This document shows positions 1 to 9,210 of a stretch of 64,000 bases of DNA, one piece after another. The position numbers were made by a program, and so were the translations under genes. The DNA lies in sequence record NC_014792.1; one strand, 5' to 3'. Every line of letters begins with the position of its first letter. Position 1 is the stretch's first letter. Source of the stretch: Escherichia phage vB_EcoM_VR7. The notes under the pieces were generated by a model. The model did not search any database and had not been told where the DNA came from. It was given only the letters and a program-made list of their open reading frames with translations.

Positions 1-1
1 A

Positions 2-2242
2 TTATTCCTTATTGGCCGCTTCCACGGCCTTCATGATTTGAGCAACGTTCTGTACTTGTTCAGTTGACATGGCGTTACGGTTATATAAAAAGTGTGAAAC
101 AATCGGGTGATTCTTTTCAAATTCAAAAACCATTTTATCGCTTGTTACTGAAGCGTTTTTGGTCAGGTCGTCATAAATCTTATTACAAAGGACCAGAGTT
201 TCCTGCATGGTCCTGTCAACCGTTCCACTGTTATATGCGTTATAAGAAAAGAACTTATTGAACTGCATTAGTTCAGCATAGTCAGTGGTCACATCTTTCT
301 GAATATCTTTCGCATAAAAATACTTGAACATAAAATTCAGTTCTGCATATTCAGACAGGATAGGAATATAATAACGCGAACGGCTTGAAGCGGCAATGTA
401 CTGGTCCGCATCAACCAAATCAATCAATTCCACATAACGATTGACTGCAGCTTCAATCAGACAATCACACTGCGCCAGCTTGGTAACCTTTTTCTGAAGT
501 TGTGGACGAATAACACAGAATTCATTGATTTCCAACAGATTCGCCAGTTTACACAATGTCTGGGTCCCGAAGTTCGTAACGCCATATTCCTGATTCAACG
601 GGGAAATACTATTGCGGTTAATGAATACAGCATAACCATCGATTTCCTCTGCATCAGCAGCACATGTAAATTCTTCCACAGACTGCCATCTACCATTAGT
701 TTTAGTCCAACGAATCACGGATGGAGTCTTTGACTTAACACGCCTTTTTCGGGTCAAGCAAACCGGAATCCAGTCTTTTACAAGAGCAGTCAGTTCGGAT
801 GTACGATAGATATTAAACTGTATCGCCTTTAAAAACGTTCCTGAAGTTGAAACCATCAAGCGTGTCTGAATTTCGCTGGTCGGGTCAACAAACAATAGAC
901 TACTACCCTGCACCGTCGGAACTTTACCCGATGCTTTAAGCTTTTTGGCTTTCGCGCCGGTATCATACAACATTGAACTGATACCACGAATCATCGCAAT
1001 TCGCCCTTTAGCATCGTCAATAACAATGTTCAAGGTATCATTCTGGATACCAAACATGCTCGTCAGACTTGCCGTATTCGAGTTCGAGCTTGAGTTGCGC
1101 AGACGTTTCAGACGAGTATCACGATAGATATCATAGACAACCCCAGCGTTAATCAGGTCTTTATCCAGCTCGAACATTTCGTACATCTGGTTGAAAGTTA
1201 ATTGTGATTTTGTAAATTTTGTATCAGCATTAGTGGCTTTCAAAAAATTACGAGCTTCATAACTCAGACTCTGCAATTCGCGATACGTATGACGGAGGCA
1301 TTCTGATTCCTGCCATTTCTTACAATCATCTTCCATGACTTTCTTATCAAGGGCCTCAATACGTTCAACGATATTTGCGACCGTACGTTTGTCCAGCGAT
1401 AATGCTTCGCGAGAAGGTGCGATATCTAGCGAACCCATCGGGAACTTAATAAAGACGACATCATTTTTGGCAGTCATCCAGGTTTTCTTTGTATAACCAC
1501 CATCAATCGGATAAACAATCCCACCGTAAATTGCGTAAAGACCATACCGCTCTGGGCTGCTATAATCAATACGTTTTGGAGCATAATAATCATCGAATTC
1601 CGGGAAGTAATTAATTTCATTCGCGCCTTGCACATCAGCCAGCCCAGCAAACGGACGCATGATATATGCAATCTCATGACGGAACTTGCCGAAATCATTA
1701 CTATCGACCGGGACAACAACTTCAATCCCTGTACGGTCACCAGGTTTCATTGGTTCGCTAAAGGTTGGCTTAATCTGTGGACCATCACCATCCATATAAG
1801 CGACATAACCATTAACTTGACCATCATGATATGAAATCAGGCTAAACGTCTCTGTATAACTAAACGGAGATTTAGAGCCCAGACCAAAGCCACCAATAAA
1901 ATCGTTGGATTCAGCCTTGGATGATGCAAAGAAACTGTTATACAGACCAGGGGTATTTTCATCACCACGAATCTGGAAATCACTCATACCTGGACCAAAG
2001 TCACGACATACAAAACGTGGGTCCAGTTCACCAGGAGCTTGCACAATGAATTTATCCTGACAGCCATTGAGCATATGAGCATCAATCATGTTAGTAATAA
2101 GCTCACGAACAACAGCACGCACTTTGTTTGTGTAAAGGTCGCTGGTCAAAATCTTAAATACTTTTGGTGACGCCTGGATTGTAAATGCAGATGCCTTTGC
2201 GCCATTACCAAGGATTGTTTCTTTTTCAGTTTCTAAAATCAT
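2..2242 (-). CDS. rIIA: rIIA protein (GHKL-type ATPase fold)
   Basis: 746 aa; GHKL motifs ELITNMIDAH, DFGPGM, GGFGLGSKS; ATG start, TAA stop at 2-4; sits next to gp39 as in T4. Confidence 0.85.
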   Translation of the reverse strand: MILETEKETILGNGAKASAFTIQASPKVFKILTSDLYTNKVRAVVRELITNMIDAHMLNGCQDKFIVQAPGELDPRFVCRDFGPGMSDFQIRGDENTPGLYNSFFASSKAESNDFIGGFGLGSKSPFSYTETFSLISYHDGQVNGYVAYMDGDGPQIKPTFSEPMKPGDRTGIEVVVPVDSNDFGKFRHEIAYIMRPFAGLADVQGANEINYFPEFDDYYAPKRIDYSSPERYGLYAIYGGIVYPIDGGYTKKTWMTAKNDVVFIKFPMGSLDIAPSREALSLDKRTVANIVERIEALDKKVMEDDCKKWQESECLRHTYRELQSLSYEARNFLKATNADTKFTKSQLTFNQMYEMFELDKDLINAGVVYDIYRDTRLKRLRNSSSNSNTASLTSMFGIQNDTLNIVIDDAKGRIAMIRGISSMLYDTGAKAKKLKASGKVPTVQGSSLLFVDPTSEIQTRLMVSTSGTFLKAIQFNIYRTSELTALVKDWIPVCLTRKRRVKSKTPSVIRWTKTNGRWQSVEEFTCAADAEEIDGYAVFINRNSISPLNQEYGVTNFGTQTLCKLANLLEINEFCVIRPQLQKKVTKLAQCDCLIEAAVNRYVELIDLVDADQYIAASSRSRYYIPILSEYAELNFMFKYFYAKDIQKDVTTDYAELMQFNKFFSYNAYNSGTVDRTMQETLVLCNKIYDDLTKNASVTSDKMVFEFEKNHPIVSHFLYNRNAMSTEQVQNVAQIMKAVEAANKE

Positions 2243-2249
2243 GTTTTTC

Positions 2250-2459
2250 TCACTTTATATTACGTTTGAATAAGTCTGCAACTTCAAGAAGTTCATCCTT
2301 TGTTGCGGTGTCTGAAGCTATTTTAATACGGATTTCTTTGAAGCGTTCTTTAAACTCTTCAGCTTCTCTTATATCAAAAAATCGTTGGATAACACGGTAT
2401 TCTTTATGGACAACCTTGTCAAACAGTTCCAGATTCACTTTGAAGTTTGTCATTTCCAA
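2250..2459 (-). CDS. small hypothetical protein in rIIA.1 position
   Basis: 69 aa ORF directly upstream of rIIA; position only. Confidence 0.45.
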   Translation of the reverse strand: MEMTNFKVNLELFDKVVHKEYRVIQRFFDIREAEEFKERFKEIRIKIASDTATKDELLEVADLFKRNIK

Positions 2460-2718
2460 TCTCCTGTAATATTTTTCTCATACTACGCATGGTAGCTTTA
2501 TGTTCTTGGTCATGGTATATCAATGCAAGGAGTGCTTCAATTCGCTCCTCTGGGACCTTCTGACCATCCTTTATGCTCATGGCTGATGTTCTTACAGCCA
2601 ACAAGTAACTTCGCTTCCTGTCGCTATCTGGGAGCTCCTGTACCTTCCTCAGACCTGCTTCCATAATACAACGAGCAACATTCTGCAGATTAACTAAACT
2701 TCCGTCAGACATAATCAT
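2419..2718 (-). CDS. hypothetical protein
   Basis: 99 aa ORF; GAGGTGA RBS before ATG. Confidence 0.5.
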   Translation of the reverse strand: MIMSDGSLVNLQNVARCIMEAGLRKVQELPDSDRKRSYLLAVRTSAMSIKDGQKVPEERIEALLALIYHDQEHKATMRSMRKILQEIGNDKLQSESGTV

Positions 2719-2770
2719 ATTTTCACCTCAAAGACATCTTAACACAATTTTTGTGGCTTGTACATAATAA

Positions 2771-2796
2771 AAAGGTCTCCCGAAGGAGACCAAATT
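2771..2796 (-). terminator. UUCG-tetraloop hairpin with U-run
   Basis: ggtctcc-cgaa-ggagacc on plus strand; minus-strand reading gives stem, UUCG loop and a T-run. Confidence 0.6.
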
Positions 2797-2949
2797 TTAT
2801 TCTACTTTATAGACTTGACCATACGCTATGAAAGTTTCACCTTCCCAGGTCTCACATGTGATTGTTACGAATTCTGCAAACAAAGGTTTTTTCTCTGCCC
2901 AGAGAAAACCGTATTCACCTGTGGCGAGCGTAATCCAGTATTTAGTCAT
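2797..2949 (-). CDS. small hypothetical protein, possible late gene
   Basis: start moved to internal Met (MTKYWITL) with AGGAGA RBS; TATAAATA motif about 40 nt upstream. Confidence 0.35.
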   Translation of the reverse strand: MTKYWITLATGEYGFLWAEKKPLFAEFVTITCETWEGETFIAYGQVYKVE

Positions 2950-2986
2950 ATCGTCTCCTAGTAGCGGGAGAATATTCTCCCACATC

Positions 2987-2994
2987 TATTTATA
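2987..2994 (-). promoter_or_regulatory. T4-type late promoter motif TATAAATA
   Basis: exact TATAAATA on minus strand just downstream of the gp39 stop. Confidence 0.35.
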
Positions 2995-4819
2995 GCGTCG
3001 CATTCATCCAATCTTTGCGCAGCTTCGGTTCTTTACCGAAAAGCATTTCGAACAGTTCTTTCCAGTTGTCAGGTAATTGAACAACTTCGAAAACAGGTTC
3101 GAGCAATACGCGCTTGTACTCGGAATCTTCCAGAGAACCCAGTCCCTTGATATATCTGATGGTATGCTTCGGAAGTTTATCCTTAGCTTCTTCATAATCA
3201 GGGAGAGAATAGAACCATTCTTGTTTATCTTTTAGTTGCGCAATAATAACAGGAGTTTTCACAAAGCGAATACGTCCTTCATGGAACAGCTCCGGCCAGT
3301 TACTGAAAAATGCCAATAACGATGGATAGATACTACCAACGCCATCCACATCCGCATCTGTCATGATAGCGATATTTCGGTAATTCATATTCTCGGCTGG
3401 TTGTCCAATCGTTAATCCAGTAATCGCACACACATCAAAGGCTTCTGCGTTTTTCATAACTTCAACAGCTTTCAGACCCCATGTGTTTTTGAACTTACCG
3501 CGCAACGGATATGCACCTTGCAATTCGCGGTCACGAACCTTGATAAACGGTCCGGTTGCAGAATCCCCTTCGGTTAGGAACAAAGTCGTTTCCAGCTTGT
3601 CATTACCCCATTCGTTGGCCTTGATATGTTTCTGTACCTTGGCCTTTGAAGCTTTCTTATTCGCCTTTGTTTCTGCAGCTTTCTCTGCAGCCAATTTACG
3701 CGCCAATGCAGCTTCGACAATCGGCATAATCAGCGATTCATTTTTCAGAATAGCTTGAGCGATTTTCTTAGCATCAATTTGGATATGATTTCGAATCTCG
3801 CCAGCCGGAGAAGTCAATCGCTCCTTGGTCTGGGAATCAAATCGCATATTGCTCATATCGCGGATGAACATAAGCATGGTGAGGCATTCTTTAACTCGTG
3901 CCTTGGTCACCTCGATGCCTTTATATTTGCGCTTAATTGCTGGCTGAAGGTGTTCACAGATATCATCCATAACACATTCAACGTGGTGCCCACCATTCTT
4001 TGTATGGATGTTGTTAACATAAGTCAGCTGACGGAAACCGTCTGGGCTGGTCGTGAAAGCCATTGATACTGTATCAGTTTCCTGGATAACAACTTCAGTC
4101 CCGAATTGTTTGGAGAACTTCTTGAAGTTGCCATCAACCTTTTTACCATTAAAGGTAAACTGAATATCCGGGTAAACAACCGCAAGAGTCTGCAGACGGT
4201 CCAATGTAATATCCAGATAAATCTGGGACAAACTATTTTCTTCAAAGTGACTAAAGTCCGGAATAAAGATAACAGTTGTGCCTTTACCCTTAGATTTCTT
4301 GGTAGACCAACCTTTGTTTTCCATACCGTTGGAGCAGTTAACAGTAATTTCATTTGCACCATCAGCGGTAATCCCTGTAAACAATACAGAGAAAATATTG
4401 GTCAGAGAAGACCCGACGCCATTCATCCCGCCAGTTTTACGTTCAGCATCATCACCGAAGTTGCCCCCGGCTTTTGGAATAGTCCATGCTGCAACAGGCC
4501 CAGGGATTTGTTCACCGCTTTGGTCGACAACCATTGCTTGTGGAATACCACGGCCATTATCAGAAACTGAAATCTGATTATCTTTAATTTGAACATCAAT
4601 TTTATTGGCAAATTTAAAACTGGTGCGAATTGCTTCATCAACAGAGTTATCGATAATTTCATCAATCAGTTTTACAATACCAGGAACATAGCTTACGGAC
4701 TTATATTCACCAAACAAGAATCGCTCATGCGCTTCATTTGAACTGGAACCAATATACATCCCGCTGCGTTTTTTGATGTGTTCAATATCGCTTAAAACAC
4801 GAATTTCATTCTTAATCAT
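2990..4819 (-). CDS. 39: DNA topoisomerase II large subunit (single continuous 39+60-type ORF)
   Basis: 609 aa; GyrB-like GHKL motifs EIIDNSVDEA, DNGRGIP, GGMNGVGSS; uninterrupted ORF. Confidence 0.9.
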   Translation of the reverse strand: MIKNEIRVLSDIEHIKKRSGMYIGSSSNEAHERFLFGEYKSVSYVPGIVKLIDEIIDNSVDEAIRTSFKFANKIDVQIKDNQISVSDNGRGIPQAMVVDQSGEQIPGPVAAWTIPKAGGNFGDDAERKTGGMNGVGSSLTNIFSVLFTGITADGANEITVNCSNGMENKGWSTKKSKGKGTTVIFIPDFSHFEENSLSQIYLDITLDRLQTLAVVYPDIQFTFNGKKVDGNFKKFSKQFGTEVVIQETDTVSMAFTTSPDGFRQLTYVNNIHTKNGGHHVECVMDDICEHLQPAIKRKYKGIEVTKARVKECLTMLMFIRDMSNMRFDSQTKERLTSPAGEIRNHIQIDAKKIAQAILKNESLIMPIVEAALARKLAAEKAAETKANKKASKAKVQKHIKANEWGNDKLETTLFLTEGDSATGPFIKVRDRELQGAYPLRGKFKNTWGLKAVEVMKNAEAFDVCAITGLTIGQPAENMNYRNIAIMTDADVDGVGSIYPSLLAFFSNWPELFHEGRIRFVKTPVIIAQLKDKQEWFYSLPDYEEAKDKLPKHTIRYIKGLGSLEDSEYKRVLLEPVFEVVQLPDNWKELFEMLFGKEPKLRKDWMNATL

Positions 4820-5529
4820 TTCGTTTCCTCATGTTTGTTTAAGTATTTTATCGCATTTTTTAGCGAAGCAATATTGTCTTTAAACATTCCTAGACCGGTA
4901 TTGCACTGTCTACACAAAATGCCCCGAACATGTCCACCTTTATGACAATGGTCAACATTTTTACGAATAACAGAATCAAATTTAATACCACATATTTCGC
5001 AGGTCTCCGTCGTCTTAAGAAGAGACTTAATTACTCTATTAGGAGCCATTATGCCACGAGCTTTAGAAAATGGCCTATCCAATGCATTAAAATCTCGAAC
5101 ATAATTTTGACAGGTTTTAGAACAATAACGAGAAGTCCCATTTACAGCTTCATAAGGTTTACCACATCTTTCGCATAAATGTGTTTTAACATATTCGCCA
5201 CACCCAGCACATTCTTTAGAGCAATATTTATGATATCCTCTAACAAAAGTGTGATAATTAACTTTATTGGTGCATACCGCTGAACTACATAAAACAGGCG
5301 AAGTTATATCATTTAATACTCTATAACAAGCCTCATTTAGCGGAGACTGATTTCTCAAGCCTCCTTGGTTGGTTTTAGATATTTCTATTAATTCATCATA
5401 GAACTTTTGGTTATCATCCCAAAATTTTATATCACGTTTTAAAAGATTGCCGTTTAATTTGTTTTTGTTCTTAGTTAAAAGATTTTCTTCAATAAATTGT
5501 TTTAAGTTCATGGAGGTATTATAAGTCAC
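4816..5529 (-). CDS. putative HNH / endonuclease VII-family homing endonuclease
   Basis: C-terminal DHCHKGGHVRGILCRQCNTGLG matches the gp49 His-Me finger zinc motif; Cys-rich N-terminus; track start appears to be GTG with no clear RBS; overlaps gp39 start by 4 nt. Confidence 0.55.
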   Translation of the reverse strand: MTYNTSMNLKQFIEENLLTKNKNKLNGNLLKRDIKFWDDNQKFYDELIEISKTNQGGLRNQSPLNEACYRVLNDITSPVLCSSAVCTNKVNYHTFVRGYHKYCSKECAGCGEYVKTHLCERCGKPYEAVNGTSRYCSKTCQNYVRDFNALDRPFSKARGIMAPNRVIKSLLKTTETCEICGIKFDSVIRKNVDHCHKGGHVRGILCRQCNTGLGMFKDNIASLKNAIKYLNKHEETK

Positions 5530-5537
5530 ATATTTTA

Positions 5538-5562
5538 AAGCAAAAAGGCCCGAAGGCCTTAT
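5538..5562 (-). terminator. UUCG-tetraloop hairpin
   Basis: aaggcc-cgaa-ggcctt, followed by a T-run on the minus strand. Confidence 0.55.
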
Positions 5563-5819
5563 TCAAATCGAATGGTTGAATTCTTGAACAACAATCCAGA
5601 ACAAACAGTTCCTTTGACCTGTTTACCGGTCGGACCCACTGCTGTAAAACCAGTACGTTGGAAGTCATCTTCAGAACACCCAAACAAACTATACCCAGTG
5701 ATTTGGATTTGCTCATAGCCGCTTGCATCCAATACACGAACAGCATTATCTGCATCAGTACAACCAGCCAATGAAACTGCCAAAAATAGCGCGGCAATAG
5801 AACGATTAATATATTTCAT
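5559..5819 (-). CDS. putative lipoprotein
   Basis: 86 aa; signal peptide with lipobox LAGC. Confidence 0.55.
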   Translation of the reverse strand: MKYINRSIAALFLAVSLAGCTDADNAVRVLDASGYEQIQITGYSLFGCSEDDFQRTGFTAVGPTGKQVKGTVCSGLLFKNSTIRFE

Positions 5820-5826
5820 ATTTCCT

Positions 5827-5998
5827 CATTTAAGCAGGTCGTAAAACCCGCCATTAACATGTTTAGGGGCCGAGACTAGCCGAACAGCCAGCCGATGGCA
5901 ATCAGGACAAACATCATTATCTCTTTCAGAGATTTTCTTGATTTTTTCGTATTCTTTTGCGCAGTCTTTGGATTGGCATTTGTAATCATAAAGTGGCA
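5827..5998 (-). CDS. FmdB-like zinc-ribbon protein
   Basis: about 57 aa, MPLYDYKCQSKDC...CPDCH pattern; below the ORF-track length cutoff; coordinates approximate. Confidence 0.4.
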
Positions 5999-6006
5999 TC
6001 TCTAAA

Positions 6007-6366
6007 TTATTCCTTAAAGTGTGCTTTCAACATCTGGAAAACTGACCAGGCTTCTTCATTATTACTAATGGTGATTTTAGTCAATGGGAATGCAGTGATT
6101 TCTGGAGCTTCAGTTTCTTCATCGCCGTCATCCTTTTCTTCTTCAAAGAAATGGAATTCCTCTTCTGTTATGAATAGACTCTCCATCCCGCCGGTTGACA
6201 ATTCTATTTTATACACATCGCCACCTTCAATTTTGACTGGTCTAAACCCTTCGCCATTGATTATAGCATCAGCTATATTATCATTATCCGTGCATAACAA
6301 ACGGAATCTACTTTCAGAAACATTGTCTTTAAAATAATACCACTTATCAGTTTCAAATTTAGACAT
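6007..6366 (-). CDS. hypothetical acidic protein
   Basis: start moved to MSKFETD (AAGGAGA RBS, ATG overlaps upstream stop); acidic patch EEEKDDGDEETE. Confidence 0.5.
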   Translation of the reverse strand: MSKFETDKWYYFKDNVSESRFRLLCTDNDNIADAIINGEGFRPVKIEGGDVYKIELSTGGMESLFITEEEFHFFEEEKDDGDEETEAPEITAFPLTKITISNNEEAWSVFQMLKAHFKE

Positions 6367-6583
6367 TGTAAGTCTCCTTCCAAAAATCTGTACCATCTTC
6401 TGACTCTTCGCGGAACAAAGCATAGCTAGGTAGTTCCGCATCTTTATCTGCGTACACATAAATGATGTCAGTGGTGCAAAGAAATTCATTGATGTTTTTC
6501 TTAACAATCACTTTATCACTTTCAGCAGTATCCCAAAACTCTTCAGCGGTCAGGGAAGTGGTCACGCAATCTTCATTAAACAT
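6359..6583 (-). CDS. hypothetical protein
   Basis: 74 aa ORF coupled to the downstream gene. Confidence 0.45.
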   Translation of the reverse strand: MFNEDCVTTSLTAEEFWDTAESDKVIVKKNINEFLCTTDIIYVYADKDAELPSYALFREESEDGTDFWKETYNV

Positions 6584-6633
6584 AATATTCTCCTCATTGA
6601 TAGGGCAAAATTACCCTATCGTTATTTTATAAT

Positions 6634-7137
6634 TTATGCTCGATGAATGTTGGCATATTCAACGATAAAACTTTCAGGAACTACTTTAAAGGTTCCAGTG
6701 AACACGATGTTATACAGCTTAACACCCTCTTCAACCCATTGGTCTGTGATATAGCCAGACATGCTAGTAGTTTCGTAAGTACCAAACGGTTCGTCGTCAT
6801 ATTCAAAAGGTTTAGGAGAAACGAAAAAGACACCTTCACCTAATTTCCATTTAAAATCAACACCAACATGAGACTGGTCAATGGTTTCAACTTCTTCAAC
6901 TACAGGAGCGATATATCCAGTAAATTCAGTTGATTCCAGGAATTTAGCACGCACGTAGCCGAATTGTGTTTCTGTCTGACCATTTTTAGGAATAACACGT
7001 ACTTTTACTTCAGCGTTTTCAAGTCTGACACCTTCTTTAAGTTGAATACTAACAACTTCAACTAAACGGCCTGCGGCTTTTGAACGAGATTGTTTGGATA
7101 CGCGAACGATACCGCCGATATCGGAAATAGTAATCAT
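6634..7137 (-). CDS. hypothetical protein, shares C-terminal domain with 7215..7970
   Basis: 167 aa; C-terminal ITDQWVEEGVKLYNIVFTGTFKVVPES resembles the C-terminus of the next gene. Confidence 0.55.
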   Translation of the reverse strand: MITISDIGGIVRVSKQSRSKAAGRLVEVVSIQLKEGVRLENAEVKVRVIPKNGQTETQFGYVRAKFLESTEFTGYIAPVVEEVETIDQSHVGVDFKWKLGEGVFFVSPKPFEYDDEPFGTYETTSMSGYITDQWVEEGVKLYNIVFTGTFKVVPESFIVEYANIHRA

Positions 7138-7179
7138 AATTTTCTCTCTTGGTTAATAAGTTTATTCTCCAGTGGGACC

Positions 7180-7208
7180 ATTATACTCTGGCCCCAAGAG
7201 TTTGTACA
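7180..7208 (-). promoter_or_regulatory. early promoter, TGTACA-N17-TATAAT
   Basis: minus strand GTGTACAAACTCTTGGGGCCAGAGTATAATGGTCCC upstream of 6634..7137. Confidence 0.55.
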
Positions 7209-7214
7209 CTAAAC

Positions 7215-7970
7215 TTAATTAAAAATTTGAACAACCATGGAACGCGGGACAACAGTAAATTCACCAACATGGACGACGTTCAGGAGTTCAACACCATCTT
7301 CAATCCACTGGTCTGTTACCCAACCACAAATGGAACTATTAAATGGACGTTTGATTTGAACTGGTTTGCACAGCAAGTCAACAGGGTCACCCAGTTCGCT
7401 AACTTCTTTCAACAGTACAGATTCACGCGGGTAAAGGATAGCTTCAAGATGCTCGTCTGATTCATTGACTGCAGTAAATTCAAAGATGTTTAAGTGAGTG
7501 CTGTACTTAACTGTTTTTACAGTAAATGGAGCAAAGCCAAAAATACCTTTCAGCACACGCCAACCTGCATGCAGTGCGATAGCATTATCAAACTGGCTAC
7601 CATCTTCAATAAGCTGATATGTTTTACCAACTTTGATAGGAGTTTCTTCAACTTCTTTGAAAAGTTCAATCTCAGCTTCATAAACCATAATTTTTTCTAC
7701 TTCATTAGTATCCAGACGACGGGCATGCAAAATATATGCTTTATCAAACCAGTTACTTTTTACAAAAGTTTCAACAACAAATTCACCTTCACCCAAAGCA
7801 TCAGTCAGAGTTTCATACCCAGAAATCATAGCTGCGTTTTGAATAATAGGTTCAATCAGATGATAAGTTTTGTTAATTTCAATAGTCATATTTTGTTTCT
7901 CAAGTTTTAATGGTTTAATAAGAGTACCGTACATGCTTGCGATATCAAAGTCAATAAATTCTAGTTTCAT
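7215..7970 (-). CDS. hypothetical protein, paralogous C-terminal domain
   Basis: 251 aa; C-terminal VTDQWIEDGVELLNVVHVGEFTVVPRS. Confidence 0.55.
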   Translation of the reverse strand: MKLEFIDFDIASMYGTLIKPLKLEKQNMTIEINKTYHLIEPIIQNAAMISGYETLTDALGEGEFVVETFVKSNWFDKAYILHARRLDTNEVEKIMVYEAEIELFKEVEETPIKVGKTYQLIEDGSQFDNAIALHAGWRVLKGIFGFAPFTVKTVKYSTHLNIFEFTAVNESDEHLEAILYPRESVLLKEVSELGDPVDLLCKPVQIKRPFNSSICGWVTDQWIEDGVELLNVVHVGEFTVVPRSMVVQIFN

Positions 7971-8227
7971 TATGCCACCTCGTTGAACATCGCTAGTTGA
8001 TTGGGTTGCACAACCATAATTTCACGACGACCTTTTGCGTTTGACACGTTCAGGTAGATGCCTTTGTTCATGTCTGTTTCTTTATCATATACTGCAACTT
8101 TATTGACAGTAAAGATTTTACCACGAATATTTGTAAATGCACATTCAAACGCTTTGGTCAGACCTGCTTCAGCAGCTTGAATAGCAGACATTTCATATTG
8201 TTGGCCAATTTTAAAAGAAGTAATCAT
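7970..8227 (-). CDS. hypothetical protein
   Basis: start moved to MITSFK after the conserved leader and GAGGAAA RBS. Confidence 0.5.
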   Translation of the reverse strand: MITSFKIGQQYEMSAIQAAEAGLTKAFECAFTNIRGKIFTVNKVAVYDKETDMNKGIYLNVSNAKGRREIMVVQPNQLAMFNEVA

Positions 8228-8258
8228 TTTGTTTTCCTCATCAGTAGTTGATGAGATG

Positions 8259-8287
8259 ATTATGTCTCTTTCCATTGGCCTTGTACA
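8259..8287 (-). promoter_or_regulatory. early promoter cassette (TGTACA-N17-CATAAT plus conserved leader)
   Basis: GTGTACAAGGCCAATGGAAAGAGACATAAT then CATCAACTACTGATGAGGAAAACAAAATG. Confidence 0.55.
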
Positions 8288-8294
8288 CTACTTT

Positions 8295-8978
8295 TTATCG
8301 TTTTTTCGGTAAAGATAGCGGGTCTGCATCTTCTTCGGCAGGAACTTCATCTAAACCAAGAGCATAGCGCTGGGCGTACTTAAGCATAAGAATATCTTTC
8401 GCACAATCATGTACACTATCGTGCGCTACAAATCCATCCAAAGTCCCCTTCGGTAACGGAGTTTCACACATCTTACGGACGAGTGACAGTGCTTCGATTG
8501 CTGTTCGGATATCTCGCTGGTTCCAGAATACAACCGGTTCCAGGTCATAGGTATTCAATTCACGCTCAGGGATACCCTCATTGCGCTGCAGGTCGCGAAT
8601 AAGGTCAACAAACAACGGGAAGTCAAAAGACATCCCACGACACCACATAAGGCTTTCGTATTTGTTAATTCCGTTGCCCTTCAGATAGTCAATCGCTTGT
8701 TGGATACCAGTCAGAGTATCAACATCTTGTGCCATCGGCGCCAGGTTAACACGTGCTTCTGGAGATTGTTTTTTCCACCAACCCATGGTTGTTGTGTCAA
8801 ACAGACGTTTACCTTTCTGGTATTCTAGGCTGAACTTAATGCGTTTACCGCGATTAACCAGAGTTTCGAATGATTCCACAATAGCAGGGTCAGATTCGAA
8901 TGTAATCAGAGCCAGGTCAATAACGGCTCCCTTCGAGCCGTTTCCCAGAGTTTCAAAGTCAATAATAGCATCAATCAT
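8295..8978 (-). CDS. dexA: exonuclease A (DnaQ-like 3'-5' exonuclease)
   Basis: 227 aa; DEDD exonuclease start IIDFETLG; position between dda and the gp39 side as in T4. Confidence 0.8.
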   Translation of the reverse strand: MIDAIIDFETLGNGSKGAVIDLALITFESDPAIVESFETLVNRGKRIKFSLEYQKGKRLFDTTTMGWWKKQSPEARVNLAPMAQDVDTLTGIQQAIDYLKGNGINKYESLMWCRGMSFDFPLFVDLIRDLQRNEGIPERELNTYDLEPVVFWNQRDIRTAIEALSLVRKMCETPLPKGTLDGFVAHDSVHDCAKDILMLKYAQRYALGLDEVPAEEDADPLSLPKKR

Positions 8979-9210
8979 CGCACATCTCTTTTAATTTCTG
9001 AATTTCACCAGCAACATAGTCGGAGATAAAAATCCCGGGCTCTTCATTGTTAAAATATTCAATCGCAGCCATACGTTTCTGGATAAGGCTCAGTTCCAGT
9101 AAAACGTAATTGCCCTGTTGGACGATAGTCGGATTATCTTCGTAAAATTCAACGGCATCATGAATACCGTAGATAAGATTATCTAAATCTTCTTTATATA
9201 CCTTATACAT
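8971..9210 (-). CDS. hypothetical protein (dexA.1/.2 position)
   Basis: 79 aa ORF between dda and dexA. Confidence 0.45.
   Translation of the reverse strand: MYKVYKEDLDNLIYGIHDAVEFYEDNPTIVQQGNYVLLELSLIQKRMAAIEYFNNEEPGIFISDYVAGEIQKLKEMCDD

Noticed and set aside
2990-4819. Translational bypass or intron within the topoisomerase gene
   Set aside because: The ORF is continuous over 609 codons with GyrB-like motifs in order; no internal stop or take-off/landing pair is apparent.
6007-6507. N-terminal extensions of several track ORFs (also 7970..8275, 11711..12358, 51464..51808, 54452..54967, 57334..57687)
   Set aside because: The extended frames run through the conserved promoter and leader cassette; an internal ATG with a proper RBS just after the leader is the more plausible start.
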